DNA from: Candidatus Bathyarchaeota archaeon
Lineage (GTDB): Archaea; Thermoproteota; Bathyarchaeia; Bathyarchaeales; WUQV01
Length of the DNA stretch: 32,429 bases
Direction of reading: 5' to 3'
Assembly (NCBI GenBank): GCA_029934005.1
Contig: JAOZNA010000004.1
Span: forward strand, 1-32,429
Made by a program: the position numbers and the translations under genes. Shown here one piece after another: positions 8,742-17,250 of this stretch. Under the pieces are notes generated by a model. The model was not told the DNA's origin. It worked only from the letters and a program-made list of their open reading frames with translations, and searched no databases. The number at the start of each line of letters is the position of its first letter. Position 1 is the first letter of the stretch.

Positions 8742-8925
8742 CTTATCACAGTTATTTTTGCCATAAACTTTCTTCATTTGCTCTATTGCTCGCTTTAAAG
8801 CATTTTCACAAACTTTAGAAACGTTTAAGCCTAATTCATGGGGATTCTTTGACTAATTCTTTATCAACTTCAACAGTTGTTTTAGCCTCTGGTATACCTG
8901 AGTATACTTTTCAACATTCTTCCAT
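8742..8925 (-). pseudogene. CcdA-like ribbon-helix-helix (antitoxin-type) gene remnant reading antisense into tRNA-Gly
   Basis: PEAKTTVEVDKELVKES / HELGLNVSKVCENALKRAIEQMKKVYGKNNCDKWCGRRDLNPG. One-base frameshift in the G run at ~8840-8843; ATG 8925 is followed by in-frame TGA (8911-8913). Confidence 0.65.
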
Positions 8926-9099
8926 TTAAGAATGGCGTGTGCAGAGCCATACAGTTTAAGAATGGAAAATATAATCCAAAATTGATGTTACTTAGCTTAG
9001 CTTGACTGATCAATTATTTTTTTATTAAATTTCTCTTTGTTTTATATTCTTCTTTCTAGTCCTTCAGCAAAGTTAAAATATAAAAAGGATAAGAAAAAT

Positions 9100-11313
9100 A
9101 TGAGTAAAATGTGTAGGGCAATATTTCTGATCATTGCGATGTTACTGCTTATTTCTCCACAGAACTTTTTAAGTCAAGAAAATAGACAAGTTTCACATGA
9201 AACTGCTTACGTGTTTGCAAGGGCCTCTTCGTTTGAAGAATCTACGCAATTTGGACCGAGAATTGATGAACTTTTGATTAAAATGCCTGCAGATTTTGAG
9301 CTACTGGAAACCGATGAAATTCACATCGCTGATTGGCCATTGCCTAAGGAATTAGTTGATAGGTGGTCTAAGCCGCCATATAACGAAACAATAGCTTTGG
9401 CAAAATATGCACAGACAGTTATGTATCAGCTCGACATCAACAATAATGAGACGATTCCCACATATTCAGGCTGGCGCTCTCCAACAAGTTACACACAGTT
9501 TAGACAGGCCATAGCGCATTTAGTGAACAGAACAAGGATTATAACAGAAATTTTAAATGGTTCTGGTATGCCGTTAACTACGCCTATTTTTCCTTGGCTT
9601 GAAAAATGGTTTAATCCTAATGCGGATGCTTATCCCTATAATCCCATAGAAGCTGCTAATATATTAGATGAAGCTGGCTTCGTCCAAGGCTCAACACCAA
9701 ATCCATATTATGATCCTTCAAAACCTGGATCTGCACAGTTCATTAGAGTATATCCGCCAGGACATGAAAAGGCTGGGCAAGACCTCGATCCCCTAATATT
9801 CTATGTGAGATTCGACCATCCTGAAATGAACTCTACGGGTTACATCATCCGAGATGAGCTATTAAGTTTGGGAATACCAGTGGAAATACCCCGGATAGAA
9901 ATACAAGAGATGATACTGAAAGTAATGTGTTATGGCGATTATCATCTCTATACCGGGTGCTGGAGTTTGGGCATCGAACCAACCTATTTATATGGACTCT
10001 ACCATTCTGAACAATATTGGAAACCAGGCTATTGTTATAACTATAACAACGTTCACGATGATGAACTGGATTACTGGCTTGAAAAACTTCTATATGCAAC
10101 GAATCAAGATGAAGCGGCAGTCGCATGTAGAGAAGCCCAGAGAAGACTCGCAGAAATCGTGGGCATCATACCCTTATGGGCACCTATAAAGGTTAAAGCA
10201 TATAGAAACGATTTAAGAGGAGTGGTTAACGAGGAAAGTTTTGGAGTCAACAGTTGGTGGACATTTGTTAACGCCCATCCAAAAGATGTCAAGATCGGCG
10301 GAACCATTAGGTATGGAATTTCGTATGAAATAGGAAGCTTAAATCCTGTCTGCAGCAGTGGCACGTACTCGGATTGGCTAGTGTTAGACAAAATCTATGA
10401 TACGCTGATAAAACGAGATCCTTATAATGTTACGGAGGCTGTTCCATGGATAGCCAAGAGTGTAGAAGTGCAAACATGGAATGGAAATAACACGAAGCTT
10501 GTTTTTGAACTGAATGATAACATTTGCTGGCATGACGGTGTCAAATTAACATCTGAGGACGTAAAGTTCACCATCGAATACATACAATCATTCTGGGACG
10601 CGCCGATGTGGGGGCACTCACTTCCAGACTTCTATCACCATGTTGCGGACGTTGATCACGTCGAGACCCCTGACCCCTACACCGTAATCATTTACATGAA
10701 CTCTCCAAGGATATGGTCTCTCTATGACGTGGGGGAGGTGCCGATACTGCCAAGGCATATATGGGAAAACATAACTGAGCCTTGGGGATTTCAGCCTGAC
10801 CCCCAACTTGTGGGTACGGGTCCCTTTAAGTTCTCAGAGTATGTTAACGGAAGCCACGTGCTTCTTATAGCTAACAGGGAATACTTTAAATTTTTCACTC
10901 CCCGCGTACAGTTGAAGCCAAAAATGCTGCGAATCACCAAAGAAATGGAACAATTAGCTTGCGTCTTAGAAACATGCATATTTGAAATTCAAAGCTTCTT
11001 CAACATCGCTGACATTAACGTGACATTAATTATCCAAGATAACCGAACAGTTCTCCACCTGATATATACATCTATTGGCGATCAAAATAACAATGGAGTG
11101 CCGGATTTCACAACATACTTCAGTTCGCACGAAATAATCGGATATGTCCTCTTCCATTTGGGTGAGAACGCGAGAAACTACAAGTTCTTTCATGGATTCG
11201 CATTTCCAATGAATCTGACGGTAAGCGGAAAAATAGGAAAAATAGGAAACATAACCTTTGAAAAATCAGACAAGATCACCGTCACATCCTCGGTACCTGC
11301 GATACCACGCTAA
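9100..11313 (+). CDS. Orphan ABC-transporter substrate-binding protein, family 5 (OppA/DppA-like), circularly permuted, with an extra C-terminal domain
   Basis: Signal peptide; FRQAIAHLVNR, YNPIEAANILDEAG, WHDGVKLTSEDVKFT, GTGPFK. Start is likely ATG 9100. Confidence 0.88.
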   Translation: MSKMCRAIFLIIAMLLLISPQNFLSQENRQVSHETAYVFARASSFEESTQFGPRIDELLIKMPADFELLETDEIHIADWPLPKELVDRWSKPPYNETIALAKYAQTVMYQLDINNNETIPTYSGWRSPTSYTQFRQAIAHLVNRTRIITEILNGSGMPLTTPIFPWLEKWFNPNADAYPYNPIEAANILDEAGFVQGSTPNPYYDPSKPGSAQFIRVYPPGHEKAGQDLDPLIFYVRFDHPEMNSTGYIIRDELLSLGIPVEIPRIEIQEMILKVMCYGDYHLYTGCWSLGIEPTYLYGLYHSEQYWKPGYCYNYNNVHDDELDYWLEKLLYATNQDEAAVACREAQRRLAEIVGIIPLWAPIKVKAYRNDLRGVVNEESFGVNSWWTFVNAHPKDVKIGGTIRYGISYEIGSLNPVCSSGTYSDWLVLDKIYDTLIKRDPYNVTEAVPWIAKSVEVQTWNGNNTKLVFELNDNICWHDGVKLTSEDVKFTIEYIQSFWDAPMWGHSLPDFYHHVADVDHVETPDPYTVIIYMNSPRIWSLYDVGEVPILPRHIWENITEPWGFQPDPQLVGTGPFKFSEYVNGSHVLLIANREYFKFFTPRVQLKPKMLRITKEMEQLACVLETCIFEIQSFFNIADINVTLIIQDNRTVLHLIYTSIGDQNNNGVPDFTTYFSSHEIIGYVLFHLGENARNYKFFHGFAFPMNLTVSGKIGKIGNITFEKSDKITVTSSVPAIPR

Positions 11314-11473
11314 ATTTAGTAAATCTTATTGATTTCTAACATTTTGTGATATTCTTTATGAATTTAAATAAATGTGAAATAAAAATTTTTAGCAATATCG
11401 TTTTAATATGGAATGAAACGAGCTTAGAAAAAGTGGAGTTTGCGGGGGATATCTCCAAGCGTTAGTGTTCCGG

Positions 11474-11499
11474 GGGTTCAAATCCCGGCGGCCGCACCA
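11474..11499 (+). repeat. attR-like duplicate of the tRNA-Gly 3' end
   Basis: 26-bp exact copy of 8716-8741, preceded by CCGG (so CCGGG with two extra G relative to the tRNA T stem). Confidence 0.85.
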
Positions 11500-11658
11500 G
11501 TTGTTAACGTTAAAGCTGTCTTTACTCCTTTCATGAATCTTACAATTCCATTTTTGAATCAAATTTGAACGATTATTAAAGCCTCTTAAGGGTAGTTTAA
11601 GATGCTGTTTCGAAGAAATTTTATCTTGGTAACATATTATTAGGTCGTTGAACATTTA

Positions 11659-12495
11659 ATGGACGGATGTGAATTTAGTTTGTTTGATTTGCTTGAGAAA
11701 TGCGCTTTAAAAGTTAGGGAAGCAGTTATCCCATTGCTGGGTGAAACCTTAGCTTCGAAACCAGTTGGGCGTGGAGCTGGTGGTGATTTAACAAAAATTA
11801 TTGATTTAAAGGCTGAGCAAGCAATTATGAATGAATTAAAGGAAGCTGGAATTTCTTGTACCATAATAAGTGAGGAGGCTGGAATAGTAAGGATTGGTGC
11901 AAGTCCCGACAGGTTTTATGTGGTGACTGATCCGTTGGACGGGACGACTAATGCTACTCATGGAATTCCGTTTGCGGCGACTTCTATTGCTGTTGCGACG
12001 AAGCCGTTTTTTAGTCATTTAACAGCAGCGGTGGTCTTGGATTTGGTTCATAACGTTTTGTATAGGGCTGAAAGAGGGAAGGGCGCTTACCGTAACGATG
12101 AGAGGATAAGGTCTTCGCAGAATGATGATATTGTGAATTCGGTTTTAGGAGTTGATGTCAACATTTACAAGGCTTTAGATGGCAAATTACGTGAAAAACT
12201 TGGGAGAATTCTTTCAATAACTAAGCATCCGAGGTATTTTGGAGCTAACGCCTTGGAACTTTGTTTTGTTGCCGCTGGAGTTTCAGACGGATTCGTAGAT
12301 TTAAGAAGAAAACTTCGAGCTTTAGACATTGCTGGTGGATACTTGATTGCGAAGGAAGCTGGAGCAATAATAACAACTCCAGACGGCAAAGAAATTGAAG
12401 CTGAAATAACTCCTCAAACTAGGATAGCATTAGTGGCTGCTGGAAACAAGAGGCTTCACAAGAAGATTTTAGAAATTTTAAATAGGGAAAAATGA
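11659..12495 (+). CDS. suhB: Inositol monophosphatase / fructose-1,6-bisphosphatase (archaeal IMPase/FBPase IV)
   Basis: GAGGDLTK.ID, ISEE, DPLDGTTN, GANALELC, DIAGG..I..EAGA. Confidence 0.9.
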   Translation: MDGCEFSLFDLLEKCALKVREAVIPLLGETLASKPVGRGAGGDLTKIIDLKAEQAIMNELKEAGISCTIISEEAGIVRIGASPDRFYVVTDPLDGTTNATHGIPFAATSIAVATKPFFSHLTAAVVLDLVHNVLYRAERGKGAYRNDERIRSSQNDDIVNSVLGVDVNIYKALDGKLREKLGRILSITKHPRYFGANALELCFVAAGVSDGFVDLRRKLRALDIAGGYLIAKEAGAIITTPDGKEIEAEITPQTRIALVAAGNKRLHKKILEILNREK

Positions 12496-13337
12496 TGATT
12501 AAGCCAGTTCAGCCTTTTCCAGCACTTCTCATAAAAAGAGGGAAAAGAAAAACCCTTGTAATAGCTGACCTCCACATAGGATGGGAAGTTCCACTCTCTG
12601 AAGAAGGAATACATGTACCTTCACAAACTCCTAAACTTCAACAAAAACTTGAAGAAGTAATAGCCAAGGCGAAGCCTCACGACCTCTTGGTGCTTGGAGA
12701 TGTAAAACATACCATAGCAAAAGCTGAAATCGAAGAGTGGAAGGACGTACCAGAATTTTTCGAGTCATTGAAAGAAAAATTTCAAAATTTCTATGTGATT
12801 CCGGGAAATCATGATGGAAATTTAGAGCCTTTACTTCCCGAATATGTTGAAATTCTACCTTCAACAGGAATAAGAATCGGAGACGTTGGATTGTTCCATG
12901 GTCATACTTGGCCTTCACCAGAACTTTTAAGTTGCAAAACTCTGGTAATGGGACACCTTCATCCCGTTGTAGTTTTCCGTGACCCTCTAGGATTTAAGAT
13001 AACTAGTCAGGTTTGGGTTAAAGCAAAAGTTGATCAGAACAGATTTGTTAGTTCTTTGTTAAAGAGGATGAATGTTAAAATGAAGGTGAAGTGTCCCATA
13101 GAGGTTTTTGAAATGGAGTTTGGAGTTAAAGTTAGAACTTCTGAACTTATTATCATTCCGGCTTTTAACGATTTCCTCGGTGGTCAGCCAGTTAACACGG
13201 CAAGGGTTGCGAGAGAAAACAAATATAAAGAATTTATTGGGCCTGTTTTACGTTCTGGATGTATAAATATGGATTTCTCGGAACTATACCTTTTAGATGG
13301 AACATTCATCGGAAAGTTGGGACAAGTAAAATTTTAA
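12492..13337 (+). CDS. Calcineurin-like metallophosphoesterase (COG1407-like)
   Basis: ADLHIG, LGDVKH, PGNHDG, FHGH, MGHLHP, PAFN. Confidence 0.9.
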   Translation: MMIKPVQPFPALLIKRGKRKTLVIADLHIGWEVPLSEEGIHVPSQTPKLQQKLEEVIAKAKPHDLLVLGDVKHTIAKAEIEEWKDVPEFFESLKEKFQNFYVIPGNHDGNLEPLLPEYVEILPSTGIRIGDVGLFHGHTWPSPELLSCKTLVMGHLHPVVVFRDPLGFKITSQVWVKAKVDQNRFVSSLLKRMNVKMKVKCPIEVFEMEFGVKVRTSELIIIPAFNDFLGGQPVNTARVARENKYKEFIGPVLRSGCINMDFSELYLLDGTFIGKLGQVKF

Positions 13338-13407
13338 TAATTTAAAAGTCGAGTTTGTACGAAATTTTTATAATATAGCTTTCTTGTTTGTTGTTTGGTG
13401 TATAATC

Positions 13408-14004
13408 ATGGACTGGGAAGATTTTCCAAGCTGGTTTAGGCGAAGATGGAGAAGATACCCCTTCTTCAGAAGTTGGTTTTTCGAAGACATAGACGAAATA
13501 TTTAGGGAAATGGAAGAAATCATGGAACGTGAGTTCCGAGAAATCACTTCAAAGGCACCGAAAAGTTATATCCGTGAAAAGAAACTTCCAGATGGGACCA
13601 CTGTACGTGAATTAGGACCATTTGTATATGGATATAGCATAAAAATTGGACCAGACGGCAAACCTGAAATCAGAGAGTTTGGTAATGTGCGACCAACACG
13701 TTTTGGTCCACAGATAAGGGAGGAACGTGAGCCACTCGTTGATGTTTACGCAACGGATGGAGAAGTAAAAGTCATAGCGGAGCTTCCTGGCGTAGAGAAA
13801 GAAGATATTCAACTTCATGGAACAGAAGATACATTGACCATATCTGTGGATACGCCTCAACGTAAATATTTCAAGGAAGTTAAGCTTCCAGCCAAAGTGA
13901 ACCCGAAAGCTGCGAGAACAAGTTATAAGAATGGTGTTTTAGAAGTTACATTGCCTAAAAAAGAAGGAGAAAAACCAAAAGGCGAACCAATAAAGATTGA
14001 ATAA
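13408..14004 (+). CDS. hsp20: Small heat-shock protein (archaeal Hsp20)
   Basis: GPFVYGYSIKIGPDGKPEIREFGN, AELPGVEKEDI, SYKNGVLEVTL, and C-terminal IKIE. Confidence 0.95.
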   Translation: MDWEDFPSWFRRRWRRYPFFRSWFFEDIDEIFREMEEIMEREFREITSKAPKSYIREKKLPDGTTVRELGPFVYGYSIKIGPDGKPEIREFGNVRPTRFGPQIREEREPLVDVYATDGEVKVIAELPGVEKEDIQLHGTEDTLTISVDTPQRKYFKEVKLPAKVNPKAARTSYKNGVLEVTLPKKEGEKPKGEPIKIE

Positions 14005-14058
14005 TGTAGATAAACATTTACGCTCCTAATATTATTTATTTTAATTTGGAGAAACTAG

Positions 14059-14469
14059 TTGGGAAAAAAGGAAATTAAACTGCTAAAGCAGATTTTTGAA
14101 AGGGTAAAGGAAGAAGGAAAGCTCACTGGAGAATCCTTTCAAAAGTTGCATTCTATTTTTGGTGAAAGATTTATACGTGCATGGAAAACTTTGCAAGAAA
14201 AACGAGTCAAAAAATACGTTTTTAAACCAAGTGGAAAAACCGTTTGGATTGTGGTAGGCAAAGAAAAAGATTATCTCATTTTGCCTGAAGCCGAATTTTG
14301 CACATGCGACGACTTCTACTTCCGCGTAATGGACCATGAGGTACATCTTTGCTATCACTTACTTGCCCAAAAATTGGCAGACTTGTTGGGATTGTATGAG
14401 AAAATAGAGGAGTCGGATGAAATATACGAAACATTAATGAAAGAGTGGAAAGAAATCACTAACAAGTAA
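14059..14469 (+). CDS. SWIM zinc-finger protein
   Basis: FCTCDDF...LCYHLLA (CxC-xn-CxH); WIVVG..KDY. Confidence 0.85.
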   Translation: MGKKEIKLLKQIFERVKEEGKLTGESFQKLHSIFGERFIRAWKTLQEKRVKKYVFKPSGKTVWIVVGKEKDYLILPEAEFCTCDDFYFRVMDHEVHLCYHLLAQKLADLLGLYEKIEESDEIYETLMKEWKEITNK

Positions 14470-14492
14470 TAAACAAAAGAGGAGAAAATGGT

Positions 14493-14606
14493 ATGCCCCC
14501 GGAACAATACTTTCAAGTAATCATTTATATCCTAATGGCTTCAAGCCTAATAACTCTTGCAATAATATTTCTACAAATGATTTATGGAGAAAGAAAGAAA
14601 AAATAG
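14493..14606 (+). CDS. 37-aa single-pass membrane microprotein
   Basis: MPPEQYFQVIIYILMASSLITLAIIFLQMIYGERKKK*; GAGGAG at 14479-14484; fills the intergenic gap. Below the ORF-track size cut-off. Confidence 0.6.
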   Translation: MPPEQYFQVIIYILMASSLITLAIIFLQMIYGERKKK

Positions 14607-14616
14607 CTTAGTTAGA

Positions 14617-15099
14617 CTATTTTTTAAGCTTCTCAGCCAAAAAAGCAACTCTTTTTCCTAACGCTCTACATTCCTTTTTCGCTTGTTCATCTGGGCTTCC
14701 CTTAGCTGCTGCACCATAATGACCTCCAACAGAAAGTGGGTCTCCACAAACAACCATACCATGAATAAGTAACGCTTGAAGAATTGAAAGCATTGTTGAC
14801 TCTCTTCCACCAGCCCTGTGCCCAGACGATGAAAATGCAGCTCCAATCTTATTCTCCAGTTTTCCCCTTATACTAACAGATTCATCTATGAACTTTTTTA
14901 TCTCAGCAGATGGCAACCCGAAATATGTTGGACTTCCAATTATTATGCCGTCAGCCCAAACCAAATCGTCGTTTGTGGCTTCCTCAACCCTTTTCAACCT
15001 AACCTCAGCTCCAGCCTCCTCAGCTCCCTTTGCAACCTCAAAAGCCATTTTCTCAGTGTTTCCAGTTTCTGAGTGATAAACTATTAACACACGAGCCAT
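14617..15099 (-). CDS. Flavodoxin-like NAD(P)H:quinone oxidoreductase (WrbA family)
   Basis: YHSETGNTEKMA, GSPTYFG, KIGAAFSS.G...GGRE. Confidence 0.88.
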   Translation of the reverse strand: MARVLIVYHSETGNTEKMAFEVAKGAEEAGAEVRLKRVEEATNDDLVWADGIIIGSPTYFGLPSAEIKKFIDESVSIRGKLENKIGAAFSSSGHRAGGRESTMLSILQALLIHGMVVCGDPLSVGGHYGAAAKGSPDEQAKKECRALGKRVAFLAEKLKK

Positions 15100-15132
15100 G
15101 TCGCTCCCTACCAGATTTATAAGCAATAAACC

Positions 15133-15549
15133 TTAAACAATTTTAATTTTACGAGTAAAGATGTAGAAGAATAGTAGAAGGGGAATAATCCATATTAAGA
15201 CCATTAAAATTAGTGCCAAAAGGTTTAGTTCTCCTTTTCCAAAAATGAAAGGAACGAATGGAAATATCCAGACGCCACCGAATACAGATGTTTTATTACT
15301 CAAGAAAGCTGAAACTATTAGAAGCATCATACCAACTAAGGTTATTACAAAGCCAGCAATAAACAACTTAAATGGTGCAGCAAAACTGAGTGTGGAATTT
15401 TCGAAGGTTTTCTCTCTAAATTTATCATAACAGTTTATACACATCCATTCCTGTGGAACAAAACATTGTAAGCAAACGTTGCTTCCACATTCTTGACAAA
15501 CATACCTTGCGGGACGTTGTTGACATATATCACATTTCTTGGCTACCAT
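15133..15549 (-). CDS. Zinc-finger plus DUF131-like membrane protein
   Basis: CDIC..CQEC...CLQC..CINC N-terminus, then TM-GGVWIFPFVPFIFG-TM. Confidence 0.7.
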   Translation of the reverse strand: MVAKKCDICQQRPARYVCQECGSNVCLQCFVPQEWMCINCYDKFREKTFENSTLSFAAPFKLFIAGFVITLVGMMLLIVSAFLSNKTSVFGGVWIFPFVPFIFGKGELNLLALILMVLIWIIPLLLFFYIFTRKIKIV

Positions 15550-15869
15550 AGCCTAATGGCTCCTACTATGAATATAAACTGCAGAATTACAAGCAGAAAG
15601 AAGAGAACTAAGAAGGCTATTAAACATAATAAAATGGCAAGTCTCAGCGTTTCCTTGTCTGTGCCCCAAACTATTGGGAAAGGCCCTATCAAAACTGCTC
15701 CGCCGCTTTTAACCTTAGTATTCTGCATTCCACGTAAGATGGAGAGTAAGAACGCAAGTACTATGATGATGATTCCTGCGAAAATCAGCATTATTCCTGA
15801 AACACCTAGCATTTCGGAAATGTCCATTGCATGATTAAAAGGAAAACTGGATTTAGATAAACTTTTCAT
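15543..15869 (-). CDS. DUF131/TIGR00304-family membrane protein
   Basis: KSGGAVLIGPFPIVWGTD between two TM helices. Start uncertain, probably downstream of 15869. Confidence 0.8.
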   Translation of the reverse strand: MKSLSKSSFPFNHAMDISEMLGVSGIMLIFAGIIIIVLAFLLSILRGMQNTKVKSGGAVLIGPFPIVWGTDKETLRLAILLCLIAFLVLFFLLVILQFIFIVGAIRLW

Positions 15870-15902
15870 GAAGAATTACTAATTGCTAAGGGGTAATGCG
15901 GT

Positions 15903-16733
15903 TTGGATTTGAAGGAAATATTTCAGCTTGTACTTTCAAAAAATCCTAGCTTAACAAAGGAAGAATTTCTGAGAATGATTGAGGAAAAAAAGAAAGCTTT
16001 AGGCGAATATTTCACAGATGAAGTTATAGCCAAAGTGGTAGCTTCAGAGCTAGGCGTATCCATCAATCAAAACAGAGGAAAAACGTTGGAAATGACCTTT
16101 AAAGATTTAATTTCAGGCTTAACAGATGTTACAGTTTCTGGACGTGTAATAAAAGTAAGTCAAGTTAGAACATTTAGGAAAGGAATTAAAAGCGGAAAAA
16201 CAGCTTCTCTGCTTTTAGCTGACAATGAGAATAGAACGTTGAGAGTTGTTTTATGGAATGATAAAGCGGATATAATTTCAAAAAAAGACATAGGAATTAA
16301 CAGTCTGATTAGGGTTTCACATGGTTACGTTAAAGAGGGAAGAATGGGACAACTTGAACTTCATTTAGGAAAAAGGGGGCAAATAGAGGTTCTTGGAGAA
16401 GCATATATGAAAATTGGAAGTTTAAAGGAAGGAGACGGCCCAGTAAATGTAAAAGGGAAGGTTATTTCAGAAAAACCCCTCATCAGAAAGGTTCAAACTT
16501 CAAGAGGAGAAGAAGTTTTAGTTGCTAGTTTTGAAGTTGAAGATGAAACTGGAAAAGTATGGGTTTCATTTTGGAGAGAACACGCTGAAAAAATAAGAAA
16601 AATGCAGATTTCAAAAGGCATAAAATTGAAACTGAAAAACTTCTACGTTAAGAAAGGATTCAGCAAAGGCTTAGAAATCTTTACAAGGAAAAACTCAAGT
16701 TTCGAAATACTCAACAATAACTCATCCGGATAG
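15903..16733 (+). CDS. Replication protein A / single-stranded DNA-binding protein (two OB folds)
   Basis: N-terminal helical segment (...AKVVASELGV); OB folds VSGRVI...LADNENRTLRVVLWN and VKGKVI...VEDETGKVWVSFW. Confidence 0.82.
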   Translation: MDLKEIFQLVLSKNPSLTKEEFLRMIEEKKKALGEYFTDEVIAKVVASELGVSINQNRGKTLEMTFKDLISGLTDVTVSGRVIKVSQVRTFRKGIKSGKTASLLLADNENRTLRVVLWNDKADIISKKDIGINSLIRVSHGYVKEGRMGQLELHLGKRGQIEVLGEAYMKIGSLKEGDGPVNVKGKVISEKPLIRKVQTSRGEEVLVASFEVEDETGKVWVSFWREHAEKIRKMQISKGIKLKLKNFYVKKGFSKGLEIFTRKNSSFEILNNNSSG

Positions 16734-16742
16734 GTGAATAAA

Positions 16743-17201
16743 ATGAAAATAGTTAGTGCGTGTCTAGTTGGAATAAACTGCAGATTTAACGGAAAAAATA
16801 AAGCTAATGAAAAGCTCGTAGAACTATTTAAAAAAGGAATTCTTATTCCGCTTTGTCCAGAACAGCTTGGCGGACTCCCAACCCCTAGGCCTCCATGCAC
16901 AATTGTTGGAGGAGACGGCCATGATGTTTTAAAGGGGAAGGCGAAAGTGTTAACTAGGAAAGGTGAGGATTTAACAGCGTATTTTGTTAAGGGTGCCCAT
17001 GAAGTTTTAGCTATAGCTCATCTTCTAGACATAAAAGAGGCTATCCTTAAATCTAGAAGCCCATCATGCGGTTGCGGAAAAATATACTGTGAAGATTTTA
17101 CACGTAAACTGAGAGATGGGGACGGAGTAACCGCAGCGCTTCTTAAAGAAAACGGAATAAAAGTATATACTGAAAGAAATTTTAATTGCAGTGACTACTG
17201 A
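16743..17201 (+). CDS. DUF523 family Fe-S protein (2-thiouracil desulfidase TudS-like)
   Basis: VSACLVGINCRF, CPEQLGGLPTPRPP, LKSRSPSCG, GDGVTAALL. ATG 16743 follows GGTGA. Confidence 0.88.
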   Translation: MKIVSACLVGINCRFNGKNKANEKLVELFKKGILIPLCPEQLGGLPTPRPPCTIVGGDGHDVLKGKAKVLTRKGEDLTAYFVKGAHEVLAIAHLLDIKEAILKSRSPSCGCGKIYCEDFTRKLRDGDGVTAALLKENGIKVYTERNFNCSDY

Positions 17202-17250
17202 ATATTTTTATTCCACAACACGTAATTATGCCTTCAATTAAGGTGATAAC

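Larger units (their letters stand above)
8716..11499. mobile_element. Degenerate tRNA-integrated islet bounded by 26-bp att-like direct repeats; no integrase
   Basis: GGGTTCAAATCCCGGCGGCCGCACCA is identical at 8716-8741 (tRNA 3' end) and 11474-11499. Confidence 0.75.

Noticed and set aside
11430-11499. Second tRNA or 3' half of a split tRNA-Gly
   Set aside because: Only the T arm and acceptor 3' strand are present, with no anticodon arm and no visible bulge-helix-bulge leader. Its position downstream of an intact copy fits attR better. A genome-wide search for a complementary leader would settle it.
11389-11655. 88-aa minus-strand ORF as a real gene or integrase fragment
   Set aside because: No tyrosine-recombinase motifs; its N-terminal half lies outside the islet, antisense to the IMPase promoter region.
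16731-16745. Pyrrolysine/amber read-through fusing RPA to DUF523 (TAG directly followed by in-frame GTG)
   Set aside because: TAGGTGA is simply the stop overlapping the GGTGA RBS for ATG 16743; both families normally occur as separate proteins.
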